Assembly (NCBI GenBank): GCA_036675505.1
Contig: JAKFEW010000160.1
Coordinates: forward strand, 177,273 to 241,272
Length of the DNA stretch: 64,000 nucleotides
Direction: 5' to 3'
From: Candidatus Sericytochromatia bacterium
Lineage (GTDB): Bacteria; Cyanobacteriota; Sericytochromatia; S15B-MN24; JAQBPE01
Under the pieces are notes generated by a model. The model saw nothing but the letters and a program-made list of their open reading frames with translations. It was not told the origin of the DNA and searched no databases. Position numbers and translations under genes: made by a program. The stretch's first letter is position 1; each line of letters starts with the position of its first letter. This document shows positions 17,504-26,247 of this stretch, in pieces.

Positions 17504-17965
17504 GTGCAGTTTCGGACGGACCGCCGCTTGCTCTTCGCACCCGCCGCCCTGGGCGCCCTGAACGTGGCGCTGGGCGGCGGGTATCTCGCCTCGCGGGCCG
17601 CCACGGGCCCGCTGGTGCTGGATCTCAACACCTCGGGCGCCGCCACGCTGGTCCTGTTGGGCGGCTTCTTCCTGATCGTCGCCTGGCGGCTCTATCATTA
17701 CCGCCTCGAGGTGACGGACAAGGGCCTCGCGATCGGCGTCCGCCCCCGCGGCCCCTCGGGGCTGATCCCATGGCCCGAGATCGAGCGCCTCGCGCGCTTC
17801 ACGGGCCCCGCGAAGCGCGGCCGGGCCTTGACGGTCTACCGCGTCACCGCGGGCAAGCGCCAGATCGGCTTCACCAGCCAGCTTTTCCCGCGCCACGCCG
17901 ACCTCGCGAGCGCGATCGCCGAGCACACGGGCAAAAACTGGGTGGACGTCGCGCCACAGGGCTGA
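17504..17965 (+). CDS. membrane-anchored bacterial PH-like (bPH_2/YdbT-like) protein
   Basis: GTG start with GGAGG 8 nt upstream. Two TM helices, then a small beta-rich domain (GLAIGVRPRGPSGLIPWPEIERLARF...LTVYRV). Separated from the shell-gene stop (17483-17485) by only 18 nt, so probably co-transcribed. Confidence 0.55.
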   Translation: MQFRTDRRLLFAPAALGALNVALGGGYLASRAATGPLVLDLNTSGAATLVLLGGFFLIVAWRLYHYRLEVTDKGLAIGVRPRGPSGLIPWPEIERLARFTGPAKRGRALTVYRVTAGKRQIGFTSQLFPRHADLASAIAEHTGKNWVDVAPQG

Positions 17966-17996
17966 TCGGCGTCGATCAGGGCTGAACGTTAAATTT

Positions 17997-18021
17997 GAAG
18001 CGCCGCGCCCCGCGGCGCTTC
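17997..18021 (+). terminator. terminator-like hairpin after the encapsulin operon (no T-run)
   Basis: GAAGCGCCGCG-ccc-CGCGGCGCTTC, perfect 11-bp stem, 30 nt after the stop. Confidence 0.3.
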
Positions 18022-18151
18022 GTGCCCTGCCGACCCAAGAATAGACATATCCATCATTAAGTATTTCATCTATACTTAATTTGAAATAGCCATGTTCAGC
18101 ATCTATGATTCATATTGTCGAAGTTGCACAAGGGGAGAGGGAGGAAGCGGG

Positions 18152-18769
18152 ATGCGGACGACGAAGTCGACCTGGCACGTGGTGGCGAGCGCGGCGGCGA
18201 TCCTGATGCTCGCCGGATGCGGCGTGAACCGCGTGACCGCGCCGCAGGCGGAGCCGGAAGCGCGCCTGTCCCTCAAGGAGCTGGGCAAACAGGCCCGCTT
18301 GCACCGGGCGGCGGCCGCGGCCGCGCGAACCCCGAGCCTCACGCCGGAGCTCCCCGTGCTCAGCCTGGTGGCGGGCCCGCAGCGCGCGCTACGGATCATG
18401 CCCGTCCAGAACGCCCACGGTGAATTCGTCGACGCGACATTCAGCCCGGCCGCGGGCGTCGCCCGCTTCGAGCTCCGCGCACCTGCCGCGGGCCTGATCG
18501 TCAGCAAGGTGAAGATCGAGGTCGGCGCCGAAGGCGTCGCCAAGACGGCGGAGGCCACCCCGCGCGAGCTGGCGCTGCCCGATCGGCTCGCGGGCGCCAC
18601 GTTCGTCGAGGTGCCCTTCGGCATCGTCGCCGCGCTGCAGGCGCTGGCCGAAGCCCCCGGCTCGACCGAGCTGCACTACGTGATCACGCTGATCGGCCCG
18701 GACGGCAGCCCGCTGGCCGCCCAGGACGGGCTGCCCACGCGGCTCGAGATGACCGTCGACGTAATCTGA
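18152..18769 (+). CDS. hypothetical lipoprotein (tandem paralog C)
   Basis: Start MRTTKSTWHVVASAAAILMLAGCG with AGGGGAGAGGGAGG RBS. C-terminal domain with RAPAAGLIVSKVKIEVGAEG...LEMTVDVI. Confidence 0.7.
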   Translation: MRTTKSTWHVVASAAAILMLAGCGVNRVTAPQAEPEARLSLKELGKQARLHRAAAAAARTPSLTPELPVLSLVAGPQRALRIMPVQNAHGEFVDATFSPAAGVARFELRAPAAGLIVSKVKIEVGAEGVAKTAEATPRELALPDRLAGATFVEVPFGIVAALQALAEAPGSTELHYVITLIGPDGSPLAAQDGLPTRLEMTVDVI

Positions 18770-18796
18770 GCGAGAGCGGCAAGAGGAGGAGCGAAC

Positions 18797-19603
18797 ATGA
18801 CGAAATTCCGCGTGTGGAAGACCCTGGCGACGGTCGCGACGGCGGCTGCACTGGCCGGCTGCGGCGCCACGGCAGGGCCCGTGGCGGGCGCCGGTGAAAC
18901 CCGGGTGTCGTTCAAAAAGCCCGTCGGGAAGAACGCCGTGAGCGCCGCGGCCACCGCCGCGAAGGTCCCCCAGGGCCAGCTCCCGACGGGCTACCGGCCC
19001 GGCCCCGGCTCCCAACTCGGGATCGCAGGGCAGGGAGCCACGAGCATCGGGCCGGCAGGGACGATGCCGACGAAGGCGGCGCCCGCGGCCGGCAGCCGCA
19101 GCACCGCTGCCGCAACCGGCGCGACAGGCCGAGGGGTTGTCGGTGCCGACGACGTGGCTGCGAACGTCGCCGAAGCGCCGTCTCCGGACCAGACCGTCGA
19201 AATCCTCGCCGCACCCACCCGCGCGCTCCGCATGTTCCCGATGATGGCCGGCGACGTGCTGGCCGACGCGAAGTTCGCGCCGGCGGATGGCAAGCTCGAA
19301 TGGAAGCTTCGGGCGCCGGAACGCGGCGTGCGCATCGCCGGCGTCAGGGTCGTGATCGAAGGCGGCGCAGCCCCCGTGGTCGGCGAAGGCGTGCCGGCGG
19401 ACTTCGAGCTGCCCGCCGAACTCGAGGGCGAGATGCTGGTGCGCGTGCCGTTCGCGCTGGTCGATACGATGAGCGCCCTCGCCAGCGCGCCGACGGCGAA
19501 GGTGCTCCAGGCGACCTACACCTTCACCGGTGAAGACGGCCGGCCGATCGCCGGGGCCGATGGCGAGCCGCTCGCCTTGAGGAGCCAGGTCGACGTGATG
19601 TGA
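18797..19603 (+). CDS. hypothetical lipoprotein (tandem paralog D)
   Basis: MTKFRVWKTLATVATAAALAGCG lipobox. C-terminal domain aligns with the upstream neighbour (ALRMFPMMAGDVLADAKF / ALRIMPVQNAHGEFVDATF; LRAPERGVRIAGVRVVIEGG / LRAPAAGLIVSKVKIEVGAEG; ends LRSQVDVM vs LEMTVDVI). Confidence 0.7.
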   Translation: MTKFRVWKTLATVATAAALAGCGATAGPVAGAGETRVSFKKPVGKNAVSAAATAAKVPQGQLPTGYRPGPGSQLGIAGQGATSIGPAGTMPTKAAPAAGSRSTAAATGATGRGVVGADDVAANVAEAPSPDQTVEILAAPTRALRMFPMMAGDVLADAKFAPADGKLEWKLRAPERGVRIAGVRVVIEGGAAPVVGEGVPADFELPAELEGEMLVRVPFALVDTMSALASAPTAKVLQATYTFTGEDGRPIAGADGEPLALRSQVDVM

Positions 19604-19679
19604 CCAACGGCGTCACTGGTAGGGACGAATTGGCGGATAGCGGGCGGTCCGGCGGACGGACCAGACAGGAGGCAGGGCG

Positions 19680-20363
19680 ATGAAGGCGATGCAAATGATG
19701 AAGCGTGTGATGGCGGCGGCGACGGCGGCCGTATGCCTTTCGGCCTGCGGCACGGCCGCCGTGTCGGCGCCGTCGGTGGCCGAGGCGCCCGCGCAGCTCG
19801 CGCCTACCGCCGTCGCCGCGGCGCCCAAGGTTGTCCAGGCTGCGGCAGTCCGGCGCTTGATGGAGGCCTCGACCACCGCCGCGACCCTGTGGGGGCTGGA
19901 TTTCAGGTTCTCGTACCACAGGGTCGTAGAGACGAAGTACGACAGGCCCGGTTGGTACGAGATGGTCCGTGGCCGCATCTTCTGGCACAAAAGCAAGACC
20001 AAAGAGAGGTCCGTCGACTACGGCTGGGTCACAGAAATGGCCTTCGCCGGCGACGGGGACCTCGAGGACATGACCAACGCGCGGCTCTTGTATACGGTCC
20101 CGGAAGGGCGCGTGCTCATCGTGAACCGCGTGGTGAACCCCGAGCGGGTCTCGATCAATGGGTGCAACCTGGGCGGCATCGCCACCGACGACGTGAACTT
20201 CGTGTTCGGCCCCGGTGAATCCGTCCTCTTCGGGCTTCCGGTCTCCTCGAACAACAGCGGCTCGAGCCGGAAGTACAGCGATGCCAAGATCTACGGCTTC
20301 ACCGCCGATCCGGCCATCTTCGGCGGCAGCCTGTCGCCGCTGAGCCTCGAGACCGGCAAGTAA
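19680..20363 (+). CDS. hypothetical lipoprotein
   Basis: MKAMQMMKRVMAAATAAVCLSACG lipoprotein signal, 227 aa, realistic composition. Confidence 0.65.
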   Translation: MKAMQMMKRVMAAATAAVCLSACGTAAVSAPSVAEAPAQLAPTAVAAAPKVVQAAAVRRLMEASTTAATLWGLDFRFSYHRVVETKYDRPGWYEMVRGRIFWHKSKTKERSVDYGWVTEMAFAGDGDLEDMTNARLLYTVPEGRVLIVNRVVNPERVSINGCNLGGIATDDVNFVFGPGESVLFGLPVSSNNSGSSRKYSDAKIYGFTADPAIFGGSLSPLSLETGK

Positions 20364-20376
20364 TCGGCGGGCGGCC

Positions 20377-20649
20377 TCAGTCCCGCACGCCGAACCCGTC
20401 GAACCCGCCGGTCGGCTCGAACCACGACACGGCCAGGGCGTCCACCCGGGCGGCCGGCGGCCCTTTGCGGGCCCACGCGAGCAGCGCCTCCAGCGCCTCG
20501 GTGGGCCCTTCGGCGATCGCCTCCACCCGGCCGTCCTGCAGGTTGCGCACCCAGCCGACCAGCCCGAGGCGGCGCGCCTCGGCCTCGGTCGAGGCGCGGT
20601 AGAACACGCCCTGCACCAGGCCGGACGCCAAGAAATGGACTTGTTTCAC
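20377..20649 (-). CDS. acylphosphatase
   Basis: VHFLASGLVQGVFYRASTEAEARRLGLVGWVRNLQDGRVEAIAEGP is the acylphosphatase signature (VxGxVQGVxFR ... GWVxNxxDGxVE). GTG start with GGAAGG RBS. The upstream ATG extension is AT/T-run rich and unlikely to be coding. Confidence 0.8.
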   Translation of the reverse strand: MKQVHFLASGLVQGVFYRASTEAEARRLGLVGWVRNLQDGRVEAIAEGPTEALEALLAWARKGPPAARVDALAVSWFEPTGGFDGFGVRD

Positions 20650-20756
20650 CGAATCCCGCCTTCCCGAAAAAACAGCTTGCCAGATTGAAGCCATGTGAGG
20701 TTAAATACAGTTTAACGCCACGTCAACGATCGGCCCACCGGCCAGGGGGTACCCGC

Positions 20757-21986
20757 ATGTCCGTCCGCCACGTCCTCGGGACCGCCCTCGCCGCCGCCAC
20801 CCTGCTGGCCGGCTGCGGCGTGGTTCCGTCCGCCGGGCCCCGCACGACGATCGTCGGCGACATGGGCGCGAGCGCCATCCCCGGCGAGATCCTGGTCGGC
20901 CTCAAGGCGGGCCGCTCGAAGCAGGCGATGGCCGGCCTGACCCAGAAGCTCGGCCTGCGCACGGTCGGCTCGATCGGCGCGCTGGGCATCCACGTGGTGA
21001 CGACCGGCACCGGCACCGCCAAGGCGCTCGAGGAGCTGCGCAAGCAGCCCGACGTGGCCTTCGCCGAGCCCAACGCCCGCGAGGTGCTGCCGCCTATGAA
21101 GAAGGAAGGCCCCGTGCGCAAGGGCGGCGCGCCCAGCCGCGGCGGCGACCCGATGCTCGGCGACCAGTGGGGCATGGCGACGATCCACGCGACCGAGGCC
21201 TGGGCGGCGACGGCCGGCGACCCGAAGACGGTCCTCGCGATCGTCGACACCGGCATCGACTACAACCACCCCGAGTTCGCGGGCCGCATGGTCCCGGGCC
21301 ACGACTTCGCGAACGACGACAGCGATCCGATGGACGGCCACTCGCACGGCACGCACTGCGCGGGCATCGCGGCGGCCTCGGCCAACAACGGCCACGGCGG
21401 CGCCGGCGTCGCGCCGAACGTCTCGCTGATGGCGGTCAAGGTCCTCTCGGACCAGGGCTCGGGCTCCACCGACGACGTCTGCGCGGGCATCGTCTGGGCG
21501 GCCGACCACGGCGCGCACGTGATCTCGATGAGCCTCGGCGGCACGGGCGGCCAGCAAGCCAAGCAAGCGGCGGTCGACTACGCTCGCTCGAAGGGCGCCG
21601 TGGTGGTCGTCGCGATGGGCAACAACGGCGGCAACGTCGCGGTCTACCCGGGCGCCAACAAGGGCGTGATCGCGGTTGGCGCGACCACCCTCGAGGAGAC
21701 CCGCGCCTCGTTCTCGAACTTCGGCGACTGGATCGGCGTGAGCGCCCCCGGCCACAAGATCCTCTCGACGGTGCCCAACAACGGCTACCAGGCCTATTCG
21801 GGCACCTCGATGGCGACGCCCTTCGTCGCCGGCCTCGCGTCGCTGATCCGCAGCCAGGACCCGTCGCTCGACGCCGAGGCGGTGCGGGCCCGGATCGAGA
21901 AGGGCAGCGTCGACCTGGGCAAGGCCGGCTTCGACCCAGAGTTCGGTCACGGCCGCATCGACGCCGCTGCCGCGCTCAAGCGGTAA
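20757..21986 (+). CDS. subtilisin-like serine peptidase (S8 family) lipoprotein
   Basis: Catalytic triad motifs DTGIDYNHPEF (Asp), HGTHCAGIAAA (His), GTSMATPFVAG (Ser). Signal/lipobox LLAGCG. Confidence 0.9.
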   Translation: MSVRHVLGTALAAATLLAGCGVVPSAGPRTTIVGDMGASAIPGEILVGLKAGRSKQAMAGLTQKLGLRTVGSIGALGIHVVTTGTGTAKALEELRKQPDVAFAEPNAREVLPPMKKEGPVRKGGAPSRGGDPMLGDQWGMATIHATEAWAATAGDPKTVLAIVDTGIDYNHPEFAGRMVPGHDFANDDSDPMDGHSHGTHCAGIAAASANNGHGGAGVAPNVSLMAVKVLSDQGSGSTDDVCAGIVWAADHGAHVISMSLGGTGGQQAKQAAVDYARSKGAVVVVAMGNNGGNVAVYPGANKGVIAVGATTLEETRASFSNFGDWIGVSAPGHKILSTVPNNGYQAYSGTSMATPFVAGLASLIRSQDPSLDAEAVRARIEKGSVDLGKAGFDPEFGHGRIDAAAALKR

Positions 21987-21993
21987 ACAGCCG

Positions 21994-22605
21994 GTGAGCG
22001 ACGTCTCGCAGCCCGGCTACTGGGACGTCAAATACCGCGAGGCCGCCCCCCCACCGTGGGATCTGGGGCGGCCTTCGCCCGTGCTGACCGCCTGGCTGGC
22101 CGCGCACCCGGGCATCCGGGGACGCGCGCTCGTGCCGGGCGCCGGGAGCGGCCACGACGCGGTGGCCCTGGCGCAGGCGGGGCTCGACGTGGTGGCGGTG
22201 GACTTCGCGCCGGGGGCGATCGCCGCCATTCAGGCGCTTTCGGCGGCCGCGGGGGTCCGGCTCGAGGCCGTGGAAGGCGACGCGCTGGCCCCACCGCCCG
22301 TCTGGGATGGCACCTTCGACTGGATCTTCGAGCACACCTGCTTCTGCGCGATCGACCCGGCGCGCCGCGACGACTACGTCGCCACCATGGCACGCCTGCT
22401 GCGCCCCGGCGGGCGGCTGGTGGGCGTGTTCTTCACCCACGGCGACGTCGGTGGGCCCCCCTTCGACACCTCGGCGGCGGAGCTCCGCGAGCGGTTCGGC
22501 GGCGCGTTCGAGATCGAGACCTTGGCACAGGCGGCGGAGTCCGTGCCGCACCGGGCGGGTGAAGAGCACGTCGGAGTGTTTCGGCGACGGGTGGCGTTGG
22601 CGTAG
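21994..22605 (+). CDS. thiopurine S-methyltransferase (TPMT)-family SAM-dependent methyltransferase
   Basis: YWDVKYRE..PPWDLGRPSPVL...GRALVPGAGSGHDAVALAQAGLDVVAVDFAPGAI matches the TPMT N-terminal signature and SAM-binding motif I. Confidence 0.75.
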   Translation: MSDVSQPGYWDVKYREAAPPPWDLGRPSPVLTAWLAAHPGIRGRALVPGAGSGHDAVALAQAGLDVVAVDFAPGAIAAIQALSAAAGVRLEAVEGDALAPPPVWDGTFDWIFEHTCFCAIDPARRDDYVATMARLLRPGGRLVGVFFTHGDVGGPPFDTSAAELRERFGGAFEIETLAQAAESVPHRAGEEHVGVFRRRVALA

Positions 22606-22643
22606 AATACCGGCACCCACCCCACCGGTGAAAGGGGATCCCC

Positions 22644-23114
22644 ATGACCCGCGCCCTCGCCCTCCTCTACATCCTCACAGGCTGCGCCGCCCTCCCCGCC
22701 ACCGCGCCGGGCGAGGCCGCCCCGGCCGCGGCCCAACCTGCAGCCGAGGCCCAAATCGCCCTCGCGGCGCGCCCCTCCGCGACGCCGGCCCCGAGCGCCA
22801 CCCCGGGCCTCGAACCCGCCGCCGTCCCCACAGGCTGGCCGACCCCTTGCCCCGCGACCACCAAGGGCCACGTGGCCGGCCACGTCCTCGTCGCCTTCAA
22901 CGACGGCGCCACCGTCGCCGAGCGCGCCAGGTTCCGCCAGCACTTCGGCGTGCTCGCCGAGCGCTCGCTCCTGTTGCCCGGCGTCTGGGTCATGCGCGTG
23001 CCGTGCGACGCCGACATCCCCGCCGTCGCCAAGAAGATGGCGGCCTGGCCCGGCGTGCGCTACGCCGAGCCCGACGCGATCGTCACCCTCGACGACCCGA
23101 TCGAGAGCCGCTAG
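22644..23114 (+). CDS. lipoprotein with peptidase-inhibitor I9 (subtilisin propeptide)-like domain
   Basis: LLYILTGCAA lipobox. C-terminal GHVLVAFNDGATVAERARFRQHFGVLAE...GVWVMRVP...AVAKKMAAWPGVRYAEPDAIVTL resembles the S8 N-terminal propeptide / I9 inhibitor fold. Stand-alone, two genes downstream of the S8 protease. Confidence 0.5.
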   Translation: MTRALALLYILTGCAALPATAPGEAAPAAAQPAAEAQIALAARPSATPAPSATPGLEPAAVPTGWPTPCPATTKGHVAGHVLVAFNDGATVAERARFRQHFGVLAERSLLLPGVWVMRVPCDADIPAVAKKMAAWPGVRYAEPDAIVTLDDPIESR

Positions 23115-24041
23115 ATGCCCTACCCGATCGACGTCGCCCCCGAGGTCGCCGACGCCCTGGCCGCGGGCCGCCCCGTCGTCGCGCTCGAGACGACCATCAT
23201 CACCCACGGCATGCCCTGGCCCGCGAACGTCGAGACCGCCCTCGCGGTCGAGGACGCGATCCGCGCGGGCGGCGCGGTGCCTGCGACGATGGCGATCATG
23301 AAGGGTCGGCCGCGCGCCGGCCTCACGCGCGCCGAGATCGAGGCGCTCGGCCTCGCGACCGACGTCGTGAAGGCCAGCCGCCGCGACCTCGCCGTCTTGA
23401 TGGCGCGCGGGCTCGACGGCGCGACGACGGTCGCCGGCACGATGCTGCTCGCCGCGATGGCCGGCGTCCGCGTCTTCGTGACCGGCGGCCTGGGCGGCGT
23501 GCACCGCGGCGCCGAGCGCTCGATGGACGTGTCGGCGGACCTCACGGAGCTCGCGCGCACGCCGGTCGCGGTGGTGTGCGCGGGCGTGAAGAGCATCCTC
23601 GACGTCGGCTTGACGCTCGAGGTGCTGGAAACGCAGGGCGTGCCGGTCGTCGGCTACGGCACGGACCGCTTCCCGGCATTCTACGTACCGGACTCGGGCT
23701 ACGCGGCGCCCGCAAGGGCCGACTCGCCCGCCGAGGCGGCCGCGATCGTGCGCGCCCAGCTCGACCTCGGGCTCGGCGGCTGCGTGATCGCGAACCCGAT
23801 CCCGGCTGACCAGGCGCTCGAAGGCGCGATGATCGAGGCCGCGATCACCGCGACCCTCGCCGAGGCCGACCGCCAGGGCGTGCGCGGCAAGGACATCACG
23901 CCGTTCGTGCTCGCGGAGCTGAACCGCCGCACGGAGGGTCGCAGCCTCGCGGCCAACGTCGCGCTGGTGGCGCACAACGCGCGGCTGGGGGCGGCGATCG
24001 CCGTCGCGCTGGCCCAAAGCGGAAGCGCCCTCCCCCGCTAA
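23115..24041 (+). CDS. psuG: pseudouridine-5'-phosphate glycosidase
   Basis: Strong similarity to E. coli PsuG/YeiN blocks: PVVALETTIITHGMPWP, AVPATMAIMKG, GATTVAGTMLLAAMAGVRVFVTGGLGGVHRGAE, VCAGVKSILD. Confidence 0.9.
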   Translation: MPYPIDVAPEVADALAAGRPVVALETTIITHGMPWPANVETALAVEDAIRAGGAVPATMAIMKGRPRAGLTRAEIEALGLATDVVKASRRDLAVLMARGLDGATTVAGTMLLAAMAGVRVFVTGGLGGVHRGAERSMDVSADLTELARTPVAVVCAGVKSILDVGLTLEVLETQGVPVVGYGTDRFPAFYVPDSGYAAPARADSPAEAAAIVRAQLDLGLGGCVIANPIPADQALEGAMIEAAITATLAEADRQGVRGKDITPFVLAELNRRTEGRSLAANVALVAHNARLGAAIAVALAQSGSALPR

Positions 24042-24069
24042 GCGGGAGAGGGCGCCGGGAGGAATTGGC

Positions 24070-24834
24070 TTACGAGCCCGAACGAACCCGCAGCGGGCGC
24101 GCGTTCACGCCGGGCGCCGTGCCCGTGTTCGCGGCCGGCGCCTCGGTCGGCGCCTCCATGGTCTGCGTAGGCTTGGGCAGCGGCTTGGCCGCGATGCCCT
24201 TCTTCGGGTTGTCGTCGATGACGCCCGCGATGGTCTCCATCTTGGTCTCGTTGCCGCCACCGGCGGCCGCCTTCACGATCGCGGTGATCAAGATGATGCC
24301 CGCGCCGACGAGGGCGGTGGCGCCGACGCCGATCGCGATCTTCGGGCCGAGCACGACAGCGGCGCTCTTCATCACCTCGAGCGCCGCGCCCTTGCTCGCG
24401 ACCACCCAGATGGTGCCGCCCAGGAACGAGGCCGCGCCGGCGTAGGCGACGCCCTCGACCGACTTCTTCGCCATGTTCGCGAGCGACTCCATCGCTTCCT
24501 TGAAGCCCGTGCCGATGCCGCGCACCATGCGCTCGCCGATGCCGTTGGGCTCGTCCTCGAAGTGGACCATCATGCCCTGCTCGCCGTTCAGGCGGATGTC
24601 CGGCTCGACGTTCTGCTTGCGGAAGCGGAAGTCCAGCTGGTCGCCCCAGATGATCAGGCGCTCGGGCTTGCCGTCGGGGCCCTCGAAGGCGAGGATCATC
24701 TCGTCCATGCCGTTGGCCTTGGTCTTCTCGGCCGCGGCGGCAGGCGTCGTGTCCTCCTTCAAGTGCGCAGCGCCCTGCTTGGCGATGCGGACACCATTGA
24801 TGGTGAGGACGTCGTTGCCACGGATAACCGGCAT
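24070..24834 (-). CDS. hypothetical protein with glycine-zipper transmembrane segment
   Basis: 254 aa, good GC3. Gly/Ala-zipper TM segment GVGATALVGAGIILITAIVKAAAGG. No known catalytic motif. Confidence 0.6.
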   Translation of the reverse strand: MPVIRGNDVLTINGVRIAKQGAAHLKEDTTPAAAAEKTKANGMDEMILAFEGPDGKPERLIIWGDQLDFRFRKQNVEPDIRLNGEQGMMVHFEDEPNGIGERMVRGIGTGFKEAMESLANMAKKSVEGVAYAGAASFLGGTIWVVASKGAALEVMKSAAVVLGPKIAIGVGATALVGAGIILITAIVKAAAGGGNETKMETIAGVIDDNPKKGIAAKPLPKPTQTMEAPTEAPAANTGTAPGVNARPLRVRSGS

Positions 24835-25124
24835 GGCGGGGTTCCTTTCAAGAAGCGAACACGAGCTTGAGCTGTTAAGACTATCGGCCCCGGCGTAGCC
24901 AACCCAGTTAAGACAAGATTAAGATAGGGGGAAGAGAAGGTTATCGTATTGCGAATTCAGACCCGCAAAAACGCTTAAAACAGCCTACCCTTGCCGCTTT
25001 CCAGCCCCACACCGACCCTGCCCCCACGCCGCCGAGGGCGTGGACGCGTCACCGACACGCGGTTAATATGAAGAACAGGTTAAGAAAAAATGCTGGCGGC
25101 CGATCCGCCGGCGAGGAGGTCGGC

Positions 25125-26099
25125 ATGCGCGCGTTCACGCTATTCGGAGCACTCCTGGCGGCCCAGCTCATCGCTGGCTGCGCCCAGCTCCCGGCCCGCC
25201 CGACCACGGGCAAGGCCCTGGGGACGTCGGTGCACGCGGCGGCCGCGGCGCGTGGCCTCGCGGGCACGCTCCAGGTGGACGGCGGGCCTGTGCAGCCCGG
25301 CCAGCCGAGCACCTGGCGGATCGCCTTCCACGGCGCCGACACCGGCGCGCCGATCACGGCCTACGAGCGCGATCACGAGAAGTACATGCACCTGATCGCC
25401 GTGAGCGCCGATCTCGCGACGTTCGCGCACGTCCACCCCGATCTCGCGCCGACGAGCGGGATCTTCACGCTGCGGGCCAACACGCCGACCAGCGACCCGG
25501 ACAACCAGGACGCGGCGCGCATCATGCCGAAGCCCGGCCCTTACCTGCTCTTCACCGAGGTCGTGCCGCTGGGCCAACGCGTGGCCCAGGCCACCTTCGA
25601 CCTGCGCGCCGCCGGGGAGGCGTCACCGGTGGCGCTCACGCCGGATCCGGTCGGCGACGACGGCGTGATCAGGAAGTACTTCAAGGCCGACGGCCGCCCG
25701 GGCGCTCACGGCGATCCGTACCGCGTCGCGCTCACCGCCACGAAGGGCGAGCACCACCCGGGCATGCCGATGATCACCTTCCTGTTCAGGCTCGAAGAGG
25801 CCCGCCAGGCGCCAGGCGGCGTCACCTACGTGGGCATCGACCACCTGCAGCCCTGGCTCGGCATGCCGGGCCACGCGGTGCTGATCGGCGCGAAGGGCGC
25901 GACCGCCGCCGAGCGCACCTTCCGCCACCTCCACGCCGGCCACGGCGACCACCGCGATCGCCGCGATCCAGGCGCCGGCCCCGAGCTCAGCTTCATGGTG
26001 ATGGGCTACGACGTCCCGGATCCGGGCCTCTACAAGATCTGGGGCCAGTTCAAGTACCGCGGCCGGATCCTGACCTTCCCGTTCGCGCTCGCGCTCTGA
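25125..26099 (+). CDS. hypothetical lipoprotein
   Basis: MRAFTLFGALLAAQLIAGCA with GAGGAGG RBS. His-rich motifs (HEKYMHLIAVSADLATFAHVHPD; HLHAGHGDHRDRRD) suggest metal binding. Confidence 0.6.
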   Translation: MRAFTLFGALLAAQLIAGCAQLPARPTTGKALGTSVHAAAAARGLAGTLQVDGGPVQPGQPSTWRIAFHGADTGAPITAYERDHEKYMHLIAVSADLATFAHVHPDLAPTSGIFTLRANTPTSDPDNQDAARIMPKPGPYLLFTEVVPLGQRVAQATFDLRAAGEASPVALTPDPVGDDGVIRKYFKADGRPGAHGDPYRVALTATKGEHHPGMPMITFLFRLEEARQAPGGVTYVGIDHLQPWLGMPGHAVLIGAKGATAAERTFRHLHAGHGDHRDRRDPGAGPELSFMVMGYDVPDPGLYKIWGQFKYRGRILTFPFALAL

Positions 26100-26247
26100 C
26101 CCGCCCGCCCTGATCGGCTTCGCCCTCCCGCTGTGATCGCCCCGCCAAATTCCGCTTGCATACTGTTAAGCTTTAGTTTAAACTTCTGTTTAAGGTCTTA
26201 ACCAAAGCTTTACGTACACCAGGCGACGGGGCCTGGAGGAGGCTACT

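Noticed and set aside
20377-20694. ATG start for acylphosphatase at 20694 (105-aa version)
   Set aside because: The first 15 codons are AT-rich with a T-run and no coding bias. A GTG at 20649 with GGAAGG RBS gives the canonical ~90-aa acylphosphatase.
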